DNA of 64,000 bases from Felis catus (Eukaryota): positions 54,252,001 to 54,316,000 of the forward strand of contig NC_058368.1 of assembly GCF_018350175.1 (NCBI RefSeq), in the 5' to 3' direction. Numbering within the stretch: the stretch's first letter is position 1; each line of letters starts with the position of its first letter. The notes under the pieces are model-generated. The model was not told where the DNA came from and made no database searches. It saw only the letters and a list, made by a program, of their open reading frames with translations. Of the stretch, positions 24,395-37,510 are shown piece after piece. The position numbers and the translations under genes were made by a program.

Positions 24395-27289
24395 CTACCT
24401 AGCTTTATTTTAATATCTATTTTCATTTATCTTATCATTGACATATAACAAATTACACTTGGGATTTAATTCCCAACATGTAAGGTATAAAGATACATAT
24501 GTTTATCATTGCTTCAATGTCTGTCCATGCTTTCTTTCTACTCTTTAAAAAGGATGCAATTATAAAAATGAATGAAATCTCAGCTTTCCATATAACTTTT
24601 GATTTTACCATTGCCTGGTGGGAAATACTCTGACCACCAAACTGAACGAGCAGCTATACTGTAAGTCAAGGAGGAGTCTAATGAGCAGAAATGTTACAGA
24701 AAACAACCAAAAGTCGTTTGAGGAGGTAACATGACTTTTTGATTCATTCAAGAGGAAATCTCACATGCAGCTCAGATGCTGTCAGAATCTACCAGGAAGC
24801 TGTGGGGACAAGGGCAGGAGAGACACTAGAACTGAACAGATGAATGACACTAGTGGTTAGATGAACTTTAAAAAGAAAACGCTATAGAGCTTTGACTCGA
24901 CTGCAGCAAAAGGGAACTTACTTCACTAACACATTATAAGATATGAATTGGAGCAGGAAAGGTGCAAAAGGAAACTGCTATCCACTGTGGATCTGTTAAT
25001 TTCTCAGTTGTGGTCTGGAGCCTTGGCTATATAAACGTACTAATCTTCTGAACTTATCCTTAATCTGTTGATGTACATTGCCTAGATGGCATGGTGAGTT
25101 AATGACCTCCATTAATGACATTCTGCCCATGCTAATGCCAACTTTATTCCCAAAACAATGAAAAATTTCTTCTGCACTTGGTTTCTAGACATCAGTGTAT
25201 TATTTAATGTGAGTTGTTATAACATTGCCTGCAGTTCTATTCTCATACCTACATAATTTGCATTGAAATAGGCAAGGTGGCCACCCAGGGATGCCTGGCA
25301 CACGCACAGTGCCACCTGCATGAAGAAAAACACAGCGCTTTATGAGACAAATACATCAGTTATTTCCAGGAATGTGCACAACATGCTGCACTAAGTAAAA
25401 CAATATGATTCAAAGATTTGAAGAAAATGAACCAGAGTGGCGATAAAGGGAAAAAAGTAAAGGAAGTTTCTTAGAGAGAAGATAAATTTATATTTGAAAA
25501 ATTTACATAAAATAATAAAAATAATTTTTTCCAAATTTTCATGATACTTTCCTCAAAATTGCAAGTCAGATGAGAGTGAAAGACTCAGAAAAAATATTCT
25601 AAATGAATGTCCAGTTGTTTTCAAAAGCATTCGATTGCCTTCGTATTGTGGATCTTCAACTACGTCACTTGTTTGAAATAACATTCATTTAATATAAAGT
25701 ATTTGCAAAATATTGGAAAAGTACAAAGAAGTACACACACACGTATAAATCAGGAATAACCTCTTAATGATTTTGGTGCATGTATCTATTTTTCATCATT
25801 TCATTTTCCTTTTCATAAATGTGCAATAAAATTGCATAATAAAATAAATCAGAATATTTGAGGGAAAATAAAGTGAAATATTTAGGGGTACAGTCCCCCT
25901 ATTTTGGGGGGAAATAGTTGTACAAATACTGGGTGGTTGTGGAGTGTCTCTTATTGGATGTGAGACACTGACTGGATTCTTTGGGAGAGATCTCGTTCTT
26001 GGAATAGCTTTGCACTCCATCTTTTTGCTCAACATGTCGGCTCCATGGATAATGCTCCTTGGCCACTGCATTCCCAACCCCTGTTCATGGCCTGAGCTAA
26101 ATTGCAGACATTCTTTGTTCTTTGTTTCTACCCAAGTTTTGAATATTAGATGTTTCTGAAATGGGAAAATGCTTACTTTTCCAAAAATGTAAGCAATTTT
26201 CTCTATGTATATTACATTTTTTTTCTGTGATATTTCCTCAAATAATCATGGTATTGAAAGCACAAACTTTGATATTATTTTTGAAGCCATGCTGCTTGAT
26301 ACTCTGGTAACATGCTTTTTAAAAACAATTGTATACACCTTCAAATAAATTGATTATAAATTTAGTAGAGATACCAGAAAAAAACACCCAACACTTGTAA
26401 GTGAATCAACTTTGTCATAAATCTTAATGATTAATCTTCTTAAACTGTTTAGATACAGATACACAATGGCTACGACCTAAAAACACTGGACAATTTTATT
26501 TTGATAATCGATACTGCCTACTTAATATCTTACATTATTATACTAGCAGCCTTCTACAAGATGTATCTAAACTGGGAATACATTGTTAATTTTCATTATT
26601 AGTTCATGTTAATGAATTGTAAAGTGTTCACTTCTTTTTAAAATCGTGGAGTACTTTCTTGGGGGAAGTAGGAGTATATATTAGCAAGCTGGGGAAATTG
26701 TTTAGCAAATTTACAAAGTTCTACCATGTTATGTTTAAATGTCTCCAACTTAATATATTGAGTCCCAGTTTTATTCTGTTCTAAAATTAATACCAGGGTA
26801 AGACATTTTCAAAGGGCACAGATAAAAATGTCTGTGTTGGATGTATGATAGGAAATTTCATTCTATATCTATGATTTTGCAACCCTATATACTCTATTGT
26901 CTCCGTTAGTTATGAATACTTTTATCTCTTCATCATCAACACAATTTTTAAAAGGTTATTTCAGAAGAGTACCTAGGAGCTTCCAAATGTTTTCTATTGA
27001 ATTAAAAAAAAAAACTATGTTTGTGACAGCAGCTACTTCACAACTGTCTTGGCTTTGGATCTTAATTCCTGATTTCACAGGCAGTCTTTGTGACTCTGGG
27101 CTTTTTCACTATGCCTTGCCTTTGCCTTTTGTGTTTAAAGACAAAATTTTGTCTTCAAAGAATCACCCTCTCCTACACTGATAAAACATTATGTCTATTA
27201 CCAACATAACCTATTAGTCATCAGCTCATTCTTGAAGTATGACCTCAGGTGATCAGAAGGAACTATTATAGGTGCCAGTGATTTCTTGG

Positions 27290-28400
27290 TATTCCAGACA
27301 TACCAAGTCTCTGACTTTACAATTTAGTAAAAGAGGCAGCTAAAACAAACAGGATGTTAGGTAATATCACGAGGTGGTAAGGGCTATGAAGAAAAATAAA
27401 GCAGCATAAGGGGATAGAGAGTGAAAGAGATGCTCCTAAAAATAAGATGGTCAAAGGAGTTCTCTCTGAGGAGGTGACCTTTGAGCACAGAACTTATAAA
27501 ACGAGGCAGTGTACAATGTAAACCTCCCAGTAAAGGGAAAAGCAAGTACAAAAATCCCTAAGGTGATGTGTGTTTTACATGTCTACTAAGAAAACCGATA
27601 TAGCCAGATTATAGGGAGAGAGAGAAAAAAAGTGGGTAGAATATGAGGCTGAAGAGGAAATCTGGGGCTAGAACATACAGGACCTAGTAAGTTATGCTAA
27701 ATTCTGCATGTTTGCACTGGTGCAACCAATCTTAGTATTTAACCAATGAAACACTTCCACACTACTGAGTAAATAGCTGCTACTCAGAACCCCTTATTAT
27801 CTCCTTTCCTTGGCAGATGCCCTGATCCTTCCCTAAGGATCGATTCATTAGTGGGCTGTTTGGGGCCACTGGATTACTTATTCAATGTTTTTAATTTAAT
27901 CCCTGACAGTGAGGATTCAGGGATTCCTGAATTCCTAAGTGTTATGGAGAGCTACTAGAGGGTTTTAAGTAATGGGTAGGGAATATGTATGACACAATTT
28001 GATTTACTGATTTAAAATATTAGAACAGGGGTGCCTGGGTGGCTCAGTCGGTTAAGCATCCGACTTCGGCTCAGGTCATGATCTCATGGTTTGTGAGTTC
28101 TATCCCCACGTCGGGCTCTGTGCTGACAGCTCGGAGCCTGGAGCCTGCTTCAGATTCTGTGTCTTCCTCTCTCTTTGCCCCTCCTCTGCTCACACTCTGT
28201 CTCTCTCCCTCTCAAAAATAAATAAACATTAAAAAAAATTTAAATATTAGAACAATAGACTAAAGGAATGGATGGAGTGGAAGCAGGACATCATCTAGAA
28301 TGCTAGTGTAGAATTGCAGACAAGAGATGACAGTGTATTAGACCGAAGTGGTCGAGGTGGAGAAAGTGAGGCTTGGTCAGAATCAGGATATATTTTGATA
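27290..28400 (-). mobile_element. L2 (left part; interrupted)
   Basis: gggctatgaagaaaaataaagcag, tctctctgaggaggtgacctttgagc, gagctactagagggttttaag, tcaggatatattttga: antisense L2. Confidence 0.75.
28028..28241 (+). mobile_element. Feline CanSINE
   Basis: Full head and body; perfect TSD aaatattagaaca at 28015-28027 and 28242-28254. Confidence 0.97.
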
Positions 28401-28409
28401 GTCATATTT

Positions 28410-28510
28410 GATAAGTATGCTAGACTGGGCTGGAGTAACAAATAGATCCCAAATGTATAATGACTTCAAACGAAGTAGGGATTTATTTCTGATTTATGGA
28501 AGAGTCTAGG
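28410..28510 (-). mobile_element. MLT1 LTR end fragment
   Basis: gctagactgggctggagtaacaaatagatcccaaatgtataatgactt..gatttatttct resembles an antisense MLT1 3' end. Confidence 0.45.
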
Positions 28511-28519
28511 GACATAAAA

Positions 28520-29903
28520 ATCAACATAGGTTAACAAGAATACAAAGGTCAAGAGTGGAATAAATGAAAGTATAGAGTGATTATAAGGTTCTTATATTGT
28601 TCATGAGGGATGGGAATTATTTGTCAGTGAATTGATAACCCAGGTATGCATATTGTAACTTCTAGGAGTTAAACATCAATATACATTTTGATAAAATATC
28701 AAAATGAAAGATAAAATGCAATACTAAGGTAAAAAGAAATGCTTGATTCATAGAAAAGACAGAAGGAAAGTAAAAACAGAGGAACAAAGAACAAATGGGC
28801 TAAATTGAAAAAAAAAATAAAGATAGTAGAATTAAACCAATATAGAACCATGACTACATTAAATAGAAAAGAAATACATTTCAAATAAAAGCAGAGGTTG
28901 TCAAAGTGGAGGAAAAAAAAGCAAAACCTGGTGTGCCTGGGTGGCTCAGTCGGTTAAGTGTCTGACTTTGACTCAGATCATGACCTCACAGTTTGTGAGT
29001 TCGAGTCCTGCATCCAACTCGCTACTGTCAGTGCAGAGCCCGCTTCAGATCTCCTGTCCCCCCTTCTCTCTGCCTCTCCCCTGCTCATACTCTCTCTCTC
29101 AAAAACAAATAAACATTAACAAAAAAAACCAAGACCTAATTGTGTGCTGTTTAGAAGTATAAAGACTCAGACACATTGGAAGTAAAGGTTGAAAAATACA
29201 TACTGCAAGGAAGACAGCTATTGTGACTGTAGTATTATCAAGGGAAGGTGTCTTTAAGCATGAAAGTGTTATAAGAGATAATAAGGAACATTAATATTGA
29301 TAAAATGATTGCTCAAAAAGTCATAATAACTAAATATGTATGGACCTAATAGCACAGCTTCAAAATACGTGAAACAAACATTGGCAGAACTAAATGAGAA
29401 AGAGAGTAATCCGTGATCATAGATGGAGATTTCAAAACCCTCCTCTCAGCAATTGATAAAATGCCGGAAAAAATCTTAGTAAGGATATAAAAGATTTGAC
29501 TAACACTATCAACAACCTTGACCTAATTGACATTTATAAAACCCTCTTCCAAATAAGTGTAAAATACACATTGTTTTTAGACATTCATGGGATATATACT
29601 AATTAGACCATATGCCGGACCACAAAATAAATCTCAATAAGAATCATCAAAGTATTGAAATCATACAGGGTATGTTCTCTTAGCACAGTATCATTAACTA
29701 GAAAGAATAACATGAATATATCTTAAAAACCCAAATTATTTGGTAACTAAGCATCACATTTCTAGATAATTCATGCATTAAGGAAGAAATATCAAGAAAA
29801 TTTATAAAATATTGTGAGTTAAATGAAAACAATAGCACTATATACCAAAATCTCTATGAGCCATCTAAACCAGGATTAGAGGAAAATTTATAGCCTGAAT
29901 AAC
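28520..29903 (+). mobile_element. Old L1M inter-ORF region plus ORF2 endonuclease region
   Basis: Degraded EN-coding motifs: aattgtgtgctgtttagaag, tatgtatggacctaat, atagatggagatttcaaaaccctc, gacctaattgacatttata, attagaccatatg, agaggaaaatttatagc. Confidence 0.8.
28930..29120 (+). mobile_element. Feline CanSINE nested in L1M
   Basis: Head ggtgtgcctgggtggctcagtcggttaag; TSD aaaaaaaagcaaaacct / aaaaaaaaccaagacct. Confidence 0.94.
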
Positions 29904-29904
29904 T

Positions 29905-31390
29905 TAATGTTTCTTAAAGTAGAAATATGCTAGAGACAATTCTCTGAGTTATGTCTCTTTAACAACTTTTTTTTTTGTATTTTTGTTTGTTTCTACTCAT
30001 GAAGGATATTTCATCTACAAATAAGAGTAGAGATTGATGCTTAGTTTTTAATTTTAGTACTCTAAATATGTTATTTCATTGTCTTTTGGCCTCTATTAAT
30101 TCTAATGAGAAATTAGACATCATTTTTCCTCTTTATTTATTGTGTATCTGTGGCTATGGCAGCTTTTAAGATTTTGATTTTCAGCAGCTTAAAAAAAAAT
30201 TAAATCCACATTAGTTAACATATAGAATAATAATGGTTTCAGGAATAGAATTTAGTGATTCATCACTTACATATAACACCCAGTGCTCATCCCAACAAGT
30301 GCCCTCCTTAATGCCCATCACCCGTTTAGCCCAACCAACCAACCCTAACCTCCAGCAACCCTCAGTCTGTTCTCTAAGAGTCTCTTATGGTTTGCCTCCT
30401 TCCCAGTTCTTATTTCATTTTCCCTTCTCTTCCCCTATGTTCATCTGTTTTGTTTCTTAAATTCCACATATGAGTGAAATCATATGATATTTTTCTTTCT
30501 CTGATTTATTTTGTTTAGCATAATACATTCTAGTTCCACCCATATTGTTGCAACTGGCAAAATTGCATTCTTTTTGATCACTGAGTAATATTCCATTTTA
30601 TATATGTATATCACATCTTCTTTATTCATCAATTGATGGAAATTTGGGCTCTTTCCACAATTTGGCTACTGTTGATAGTGTTGCTATAAACACTGGGGTG
30701 CACGTGCCTCTTTGAATCAGCATTTTTGTATCCTTTAGATAAATACCTAGTAGTGCAATTGCTGGGTCATAGAGTATTTTTAATTTGTTAAGGAACCTCC
30801 ATACTGTTCTCCAGAGTGGCTGCACCAGTTTGCCCTCCCACCAACAGTGCAAGAGGGTTCCCTTTCTCAACATTCTCTCCAACATCTGTTTTTCCTGAGT
30901 TGTTAATTTTAGCCATTCTGACAGTTGTGAGGTGGTATCTCATTGTAGTTTTATTTTGTATTTTCCTGATGATGAGTGATGTTGAGCATCTTTTCATGTG
31001 TCTGTTAGCCATCTGGATGTCTTCTTTGTAAAAGTGTCTATTCATGTCTTCTGCCCATTTCTTCACTGGGTTATTTGTTTTTTTTTTGAGTTATTTGTTT
31101 ACTGAGTTTGAGAAATTCTTTATAGATTTTGGATACTAACCTCTCATCTGATATGTCATTTGCAAATATCTTCTCCACAACTTGATTGAGCATGGTTGGT
31201 TTTATTTTATTTATTCTGCATAAGTTTGACTGAGATTCTTGGATCTGTATATTGATGTTGTTATGTTCTTAGATGTTATCTTTTCAAATATTTCCTCTGT
31301 CCTATTATATTTCTCTTGTAATTCTGGGATTATAATCATATATATATTAGACCATTTGAAACTGTCCCACAGATCTTACTTGCTCTGTTG
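29905..31390 (-). mobile_element. Old L1M ORF1 region, split by a younger L1
   Basis: gctagagacaattctctgag, gaaggatatttc, cattgtcttttggcctctatt..aatgagaaatt (29905-30190) and gagattcttggatctgta, ttcaaatatttc, tattagaccattt (31177-31390) resemble antisense L1M ORF1. Confidence 0.65.
30191..31176 (-). mobile_element. 5'-truncated carnivore L1 (ORF2 C-terminus plus 3' UTR)
   Basis: Frameshifted ORF2 pieces in the ORF track (30622-30885, 30788-31066); 3' UTR with aacacccagtgctcatc. Confidence 0.92.
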
Positions 31391-31464
31391 TAGATTCTCT
31401 AGTCCAGCAAAAAGTAGAAGTCTGAAAACATAAACTTTGATGTGCAGTTAACCATCCTTTCCAC

Positions 31465-32145
31465 AAAGATGAGAGCTAAGGGGATCTTCTAATATGAAAT
31501 GTGCAAGAAGGAAAGGAGTAAAGGATGTCTCTGAGTGTTTGCTTGGGCAATTCAATGAAAGGTGGTGATCTTTTTTGGGGAAGTTGGGAGAAACATGTTG
31601 AAGAACAGGGAAAATAATTGACAGCTTGCTTATAAATATGTTAGGTTTGAAATGCCTCAAAGAATTGTAAGAGATGTCAAGTAGGCAGTTGTATACCTGA
31701 AGCTCTCAGTTTAGGAATTATCAAACTACACATACTATTCAAATTTATGGCAATTTATGAGAATTCTTAGGAAGAATGTTACAGATAGAGAAGAGGTTGG
31801 AAGACTGCTCCATGAGGTACACTGATGTTTTGAAGTTGGAACAGAAGGAGGATCTTTCATAGGGGATTGAGAAGTAGGAGGAGGGAAACCAGGAGATAAT
31901 TGTGTCCGGGAATCCATAGAAGGAAGATGTTTCAAAAACTGTGTAATCAAATGTGGAAGATGGTGTTGTGGGGTTGGAAAGGTAGGACAGGAATACTGAT
32001 TAATGGATTTGGCAATGTAGAGATTGTTGCTGACCTTTACAACATTCTCAGTGGAGTGATGAGGATGAAGGTGTAGCTGGAGTAGGGATTGAGAGAGGAC
32101 AGGAGGAAAGAAAGTGGAAATGCCAAGTATAGATCAATTCTTTTG
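31465..32145 (-). mobile_element. L2 (right part, continuing 27290-28400)
   Basis: ggagtaaaggatgtctct, atgttaggtttgaaatgcct, tggatttggcaatgtagagattgttgctgacctt, cagtggagtgatg. Confidence 0.75.
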
Positions 32146-32151
32146 GATGTC

Positions 32152-32628
32152 ATATTAATTTCCTACTGCTGCTATAACAAATTACCATGAATTTAGAGGC
32201 TTAGAGAACACAAAGTTATTATCTTGCCATTTGGAACTCAGAAATCTCACTAGATTAATATGAAAGCTCCAGCAGGGCTGTATCACTCCAAGAGGACCTA
32301 GGGAGAATCTGTTCATTGTCTTTTCCAGCTTCTAGAGGCTGCCTACATTCCTTTGCTCCTGGTCCTCTTCTGTCTTCAAAGCCAGGAAATGTACTGCTCT
32401 GACCTCTTCATCCAACATTACATCTCCATTTCTGATTCTGGTTTTATAAAAAAAAAACCTTTGTGATTACATTGGGCTCACCTGGATAATCCAGGATAAC
32501 TTGTCCATTCTCAAAATCCTTAATCTGATCATAGCTGAAAACTCTTATTTTGCCTTATAAAGTATATTCACAGATTTTGGGGATTAAGATGTGGGTAGCA
32601 TTAATGCAGCATTATTTTGCCTCTTAGA
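32152..32628 (-). mobile_element. MaLR solo LTR (MLT1C/D-like)
   Basis: tattaatttcctactgctgctataacaaattacca; ttttccagcttctagaggctgcc; tgtgattacattgggctcacctggataatccaggataa. Confidence 0.85.
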
Positions 32629-33395
32629 AGTGGTTGTGTGTGTCTTATCTATGCAGAAATGTCCCAGTTTGCAGACAGTTGCACTTGGCTCTATATTGCT
32701 AAATGGACCCTGTCAACATTTACAGAATGATTATTTATTAAAAATTAGAATTTTCTTCAATGAGTAGCATGTGGTTGAGTATAGTTTTAAGGATATCCTT
32801 TTAAAGTTTTTCATTGCTATTGTGTTTTTCATTGCTATTGGTCTAAAACACCCCTGAAATATTTTCTAAACGTAGAATCCTTGGAGAGGTACACTTACCT
32901 TTAAGTGGACATATTTTAGGTATGTATTATATATTCGTATCTAGTAGAGTCTTACCCTGTTTTAGAGCGAGGTGTGATCTAAACAAGTAATTTTTTTAAA
33001 AAAGTAACACGAAATAACACACATATGATAATATCTTTACCTGTTAATTCTGTTGAACATTATGACCAGTTTATTTAATTTCAAACCATTCATGTTTTAG
33101 ATTTCAAAAGCAACTAATTATTGATTTCACAAACAGCAAAGATGTTCATGTGTATCTACGTGTATTTGAGAAATAAAATTACTGAGTTTTTTTTAGTGAT
33201 GTTAAGTCCTTGTTGTTAATTTGTTTGGAGTCCCAAATAAAGTGACTTCTAAAAATATATGTAAAACTAAGATAAAAAAACTAGTAAAAGAGAAAACAGA
33301 GTAGAAGAATAGCAAGAGGTCAGAGGATAAGTTGTATACAAATCAAATATGAGGCCCTAGTAGGTATTAACATATAGCATAGACATATGTGTATA

Positions 33396-33396
<1 letters not shown>

Positions 33397-33432
<36 letters not shown>
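33397..33432. repeat. (TG)18 microsatellite
   Basis: Direct reading. Confidence 0.95.
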
Positions 33433-33435
<3 letters not shown>

Positions 33436-34704
33436 ACATGTGTGCATCTCCCTCCCCCCAGTTGTAAAATCAAAAGGCAGGGCTTATGAAAGGTCAGTGT
33501 AAACTCTTCAATGGCATTACAAATTGAATTTACTGATCCAAATCTGAAGAACATGATTGCTGCTGATAAGGTCAGAATCAATTTTACAAATGGTACAGAA
33601 ATTTGTATGACTGTTGAAATAGGGGTTCTATTTAACTTCCTTGGAAAGGAATCATATTATAGAATTTCCTGGTGCCTTAAGTGCAGAAATACCATGAAGA
33701 GGTAATGTGCAATTTGTTCTCAATTTAATTTAAAATAAAAGGCTCTAAGACAAAGAAGCATTCTAGCTGTTAGAAAACGATTCTCCAGGAGACTTGCGGG
33801 AAAGTACCATTTTAAACCATCCATTTGTGGGTTCCTGTGTTTACCAAAGCCTGTACTTAACACAGATTAAAAAATAGTAGGCTCTACTGGGAAAAATGGT
33901 TTTCAAGGCTATTGTTGGTAATAAATGGGAATAATCATTATAAGCCATATTGTCTTCTCCATTGCTACCTTCAAGTTGTCTCTTGCCTCCCTCCTCTAGC
34001 ATTGATGAGGGTTTTTCTGATCTTCCCATTTTATTACTATATAAAATTCCTTTATTTGTAAGGATTCTGAGACTCATATTCATAACAAAATATTTGGCAT
34101 GTATGACATCCACTGGTTTTAAAAAGCCATATGTGTCCTGTTTGTTTTATTTTCAACATTATTATAATAAAGCAAATAACAAAGCACATATAAAGCATTC
34201 AATTCTTTTAGGTTATTCATATTTTGTCGATATTCATGATCCTTGATTCATTTCTTTGTGTTCAGAAAATAGTGGAATATATGACGATTTCACAAAATAG
34301 GACAAAAAATTCTCCAGCTCTTTCTTTGTTTACTCTTTTCCACTTGAGTTAAGCATGTTGCCCTCTTCTCTGCCATCCGTTCCATTAATCTAAAAATGTG
34401 GTAGTTTACTGGTCAACCCTCTACCATGACTAAGCTTAGACCACTTCCTTTCGGGAAAAGACAATTGAGCATGTTCTTTATAAACTCTGAGGTCCTTTAC
34501 TGAAGTAAATGCAAGTAGAGACATTCAGAACGTCCCTCACAGCTCTAGACCGGCTTAGTGCCCTCTGTTTCCATAAGAATTCTGAGCTCTCACCCTTGCA
34601 CCCCTCCAAGAACGCACTGGCTATCCTCTTGACTAAATTTTACTTCTAAACCCACCTCCCTAGGAGTCCCATGGTAATAATAGTAACAATTAAAACAATT
34701 ACAG

Positions 34705-34945
34705 AATGATTAACATATACTGAGAGCTTAATATACACCAAGTTTTATGCGTTTTGTGTGCTATCTCACTTAATTTTTGTAGCAATCCAGTGAAGTATCA
34801 CTGTCAACCTTTTAAATGTGAAGAAAATAAAGCTTCGAAGACGGAGAGATACCTCCAAGTCTTCCTTCAAGGTTACATGGTCAGTAAATGGCAGAGCCAG
34901 GATTCAAACCCAAGCCCAGGACTAGATCATCTCAAAGACTTTACT
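34705..34945 (-). mobile_element. MIR, interrupted at its right end by a SINE
   Basis: caaggttacatggtcagtaaatggcagagccaggattcaaaccca: antisense MIR core. Confidence 0.8.
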
Positions 34946-35161
34946 TTTTTAAAAAAAAATTTTTTTTAACGTTTATTCATTTTTGAGACAGAGAGAGACA
35001 GAACATGAATGGGGGAAGGTCAGAGAGAGAGGGAGACACAGAATCTGAAACAGGCTCCAGGCTCTGAGCTGTCAGCACAGAGGGGCTCGAACTCATGGAA
35101 TGCGAGATCATTACCTGAGCCGAAGTCAGACGCCCAATCGACTGAGCCACCCAGGCGCCCC
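34946..35161 (-). mobile_element. Feline CanSINE
   Basis: Head GGGGCGCCTGGGTGGCTCAGTCG; perfect TSD tcaaagactttact at 34932-34945 and 35162-35175. Confidence 0.97.
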
Positions 35162-35287
35162 TCAAAGACTTTACTCTTAATGATGATGCTTAGACACCAT
35201 TTTCAGCCTCAAGCTTATCAATTTTTAAATACCCTCGTATTTCCAATATAGAAAATTTCGATGCTTCTTTCTGGAATTCAAAAGGCA

Positions 35288-35508
35288 AATAATTATAGCT
35301 ACCATGACTTAAGCTCTTACTACAGGGCCAGACAATATTTTTAGTTCTTTATGTACATTGTCCCATTACAAGAACTTTGAAGTTACATCTTTAAAAATCT
35401 TGTTTGTATTTTACAATTGAGATAACTGAGTCTCAAAAATATTAAATCACTGTGCAAAAGCACTCGGTAAATTACAGATGTGTGATTCAAACTCAGACCT
35501 ACCTGATG
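35288..35508 (-). mobile_element. MIR
   Basis: atagctacca..ttactac..gccagaca; ttttacaattgagataactgagtctca; gattcaaactcagac. Confidence 0.7.
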
Positions 35509-36230
35509 TTAGGAAGGGCGTATTTTCATGTTTCTGCACATTTAGGGATTTCTGAGCAAAGACAACTGGAAGCTGGGGTAAAGAAAGTAAAAGATGACCG
35601 AATAGATAATTAGAAAGCTTTGGAGAGAGCTGGGGATTTATTTCTAAATGGGCTTGCTTTTCCAAGGGGGTAAACTCCATCTAAAACCTGGGGCTATCTG
35701 TTCACATTCCAAAGAATTAGAAAACATTAGGGAGCAAAGGTTTCTTTTCCTTTCATAAGAGGGGAGAGGGCACTAGGTAGCCTAAACAAGCTTCCAAACT
35801 TAAAGTTTTGGGCTTCCTCTTCTGTGGTGTAAGAAATCCTTTTTGTGCACACACAGGGTCTATCTGGTTCTCTTCCATCACCCTGAAGAGGGAAAAATGG
35901 GCATGGGGAAACTACATGGTTATTGCTATAAGTAATAATAGTAAAAATGCTATATTTCCTTTAAAACTCTTCATAATCCATCTCTATCTTATGACCACCC
36001 TATTTTCTACTGTTTCCGAAATGAAGCCTTGGTGCTGGTCCTCACTATTCCATGAGACTGGGTATTGCTATATCTGTATCATTACACATTTTATTTATTC
36101 TTTCTTGATTTTATTTTTTTTACCTTAATTTATGCATATTTTCAAAGTCAAGTTCAAATCCAAATAGTAAAAAAAAACATTTTCTGATCATTTTGCTTTG
36201 AAGCCCATCCTTGGACTTCATGTAATTCTT

Positions 36231-36438
36231 GAATATTTTTTTTGAACATTTATTTATTTTTGAGAGACAGAGACAGAGGATGAGCAGGGCAGGAGCAGAG
36301 AGAGAGGGAGACATAGAATATGAAGCAGGCTCCAGAGCTGTCAGCACAGAGCCCGACGTGGGGCTCAAACCCACAAACTGTGAGATCATGACCTGAGCCG
36401 AAGTCAGACACTTAACTGCCTGAGCCACCCAGGCGCCC
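36231..36438 (-). mobile_element. Feline CanSINE
   Basis: Head and body on - strand; TSD gacttcatgtaattctt / gacttcagtaattctt. Confidence 0.96.
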
Positions 36439-37510
36439 AAGACTTCAGTAATTCTTATTTTTACTTTCCCTTATTGTGCGATGTGTGATTTTCCACACCA
36501 TGTGCTAACTCTGGTTATTAGCCCCTTGAAAACAGGGCACAATTGTAGACTTCCTTGGTTTTCCTCTAGCAACTACAGTAGGAACATCTTAAAGATTGAT
36601 TTTGATTCATGAAAGACAGCAATGCTTCTTCCTAATGAACCAGGTTTCTTAGAATTCAGAACCTTTAATATTTCCCCACTTAGAGCAGTCCTTGGTTACT
36701 CCATTCAGGGACACAATAGATATGAAGAAATAGCAGGGCTATTCTGGTCCAAAATTTTTAATTCCTGAAAATTAATTTTATTGAAAATTAATAAACTTTT
36801 AAAGCAAGGGGCAATTATTTTACTAATCTGTATTCATTCTGATAACTCAATTACTCTCAACTCAAGTAAATTTTATACCCAAGATTCTCTTATTGTCACA
36901 TTTGTCGTAAGTTTTTTCTTATCAGTAGTGATAAGACTAATAAAATCTTTATTATATTTTCACTTTTCTATGTTTTGGATCTATGTTCATGTTTTTCCTT
37001 TGAACTGAGAATCTTTTGAAGTAAAATACTTTTATTTGCTGCCTAGCAGTTTTGAAAGCAAAAAATTAATACCTTCTGAGTTTCAAAGGTTTGTTTTAAA
37101 TACCTCGTTTTTTAATATTATCACTTTTATTTTGTTCTACTACTGGCATTTTGTTTTACCTCATTTCCATCTTATTTTATTTTTTCATCAAAATAGTACT
37201 GTGATACTATTTTATAATTAATTCTTTACTGCTGTTATTCTCACTTTTTATTTCCTGTTCTTTCTGATTTCTCCCAAAAGCTAAAACTCATATTTTTTAA
37301 TTCCAATTTTGAGCATGTTCACTTAAGTATTTTTTCATATTTCAAGTATGTTAATTAGCTTTTCTCCAACTAGAAATTATGTAATAAACTAACTAGCTAT
37401 AGCAGTATTAACTTTCACTTACTTTATTAACAATACTGATCAATTCTGTTCATAGTGCTTGCATTTAGGAATAGATTATGTTCAAATAATTTCTTTTAGG
37501 TGTTTATTTA

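Noticed and set aside
25008..25093. Possible exon ending ATG|gtgagt
   Set aside because: Short pyrimidine tract and no other support; such AG..GT pairs are common by chance.
28028..28100. tRNA-like A/B box sequences
   Set aside because: These are SINE heads, not tRNA genes.
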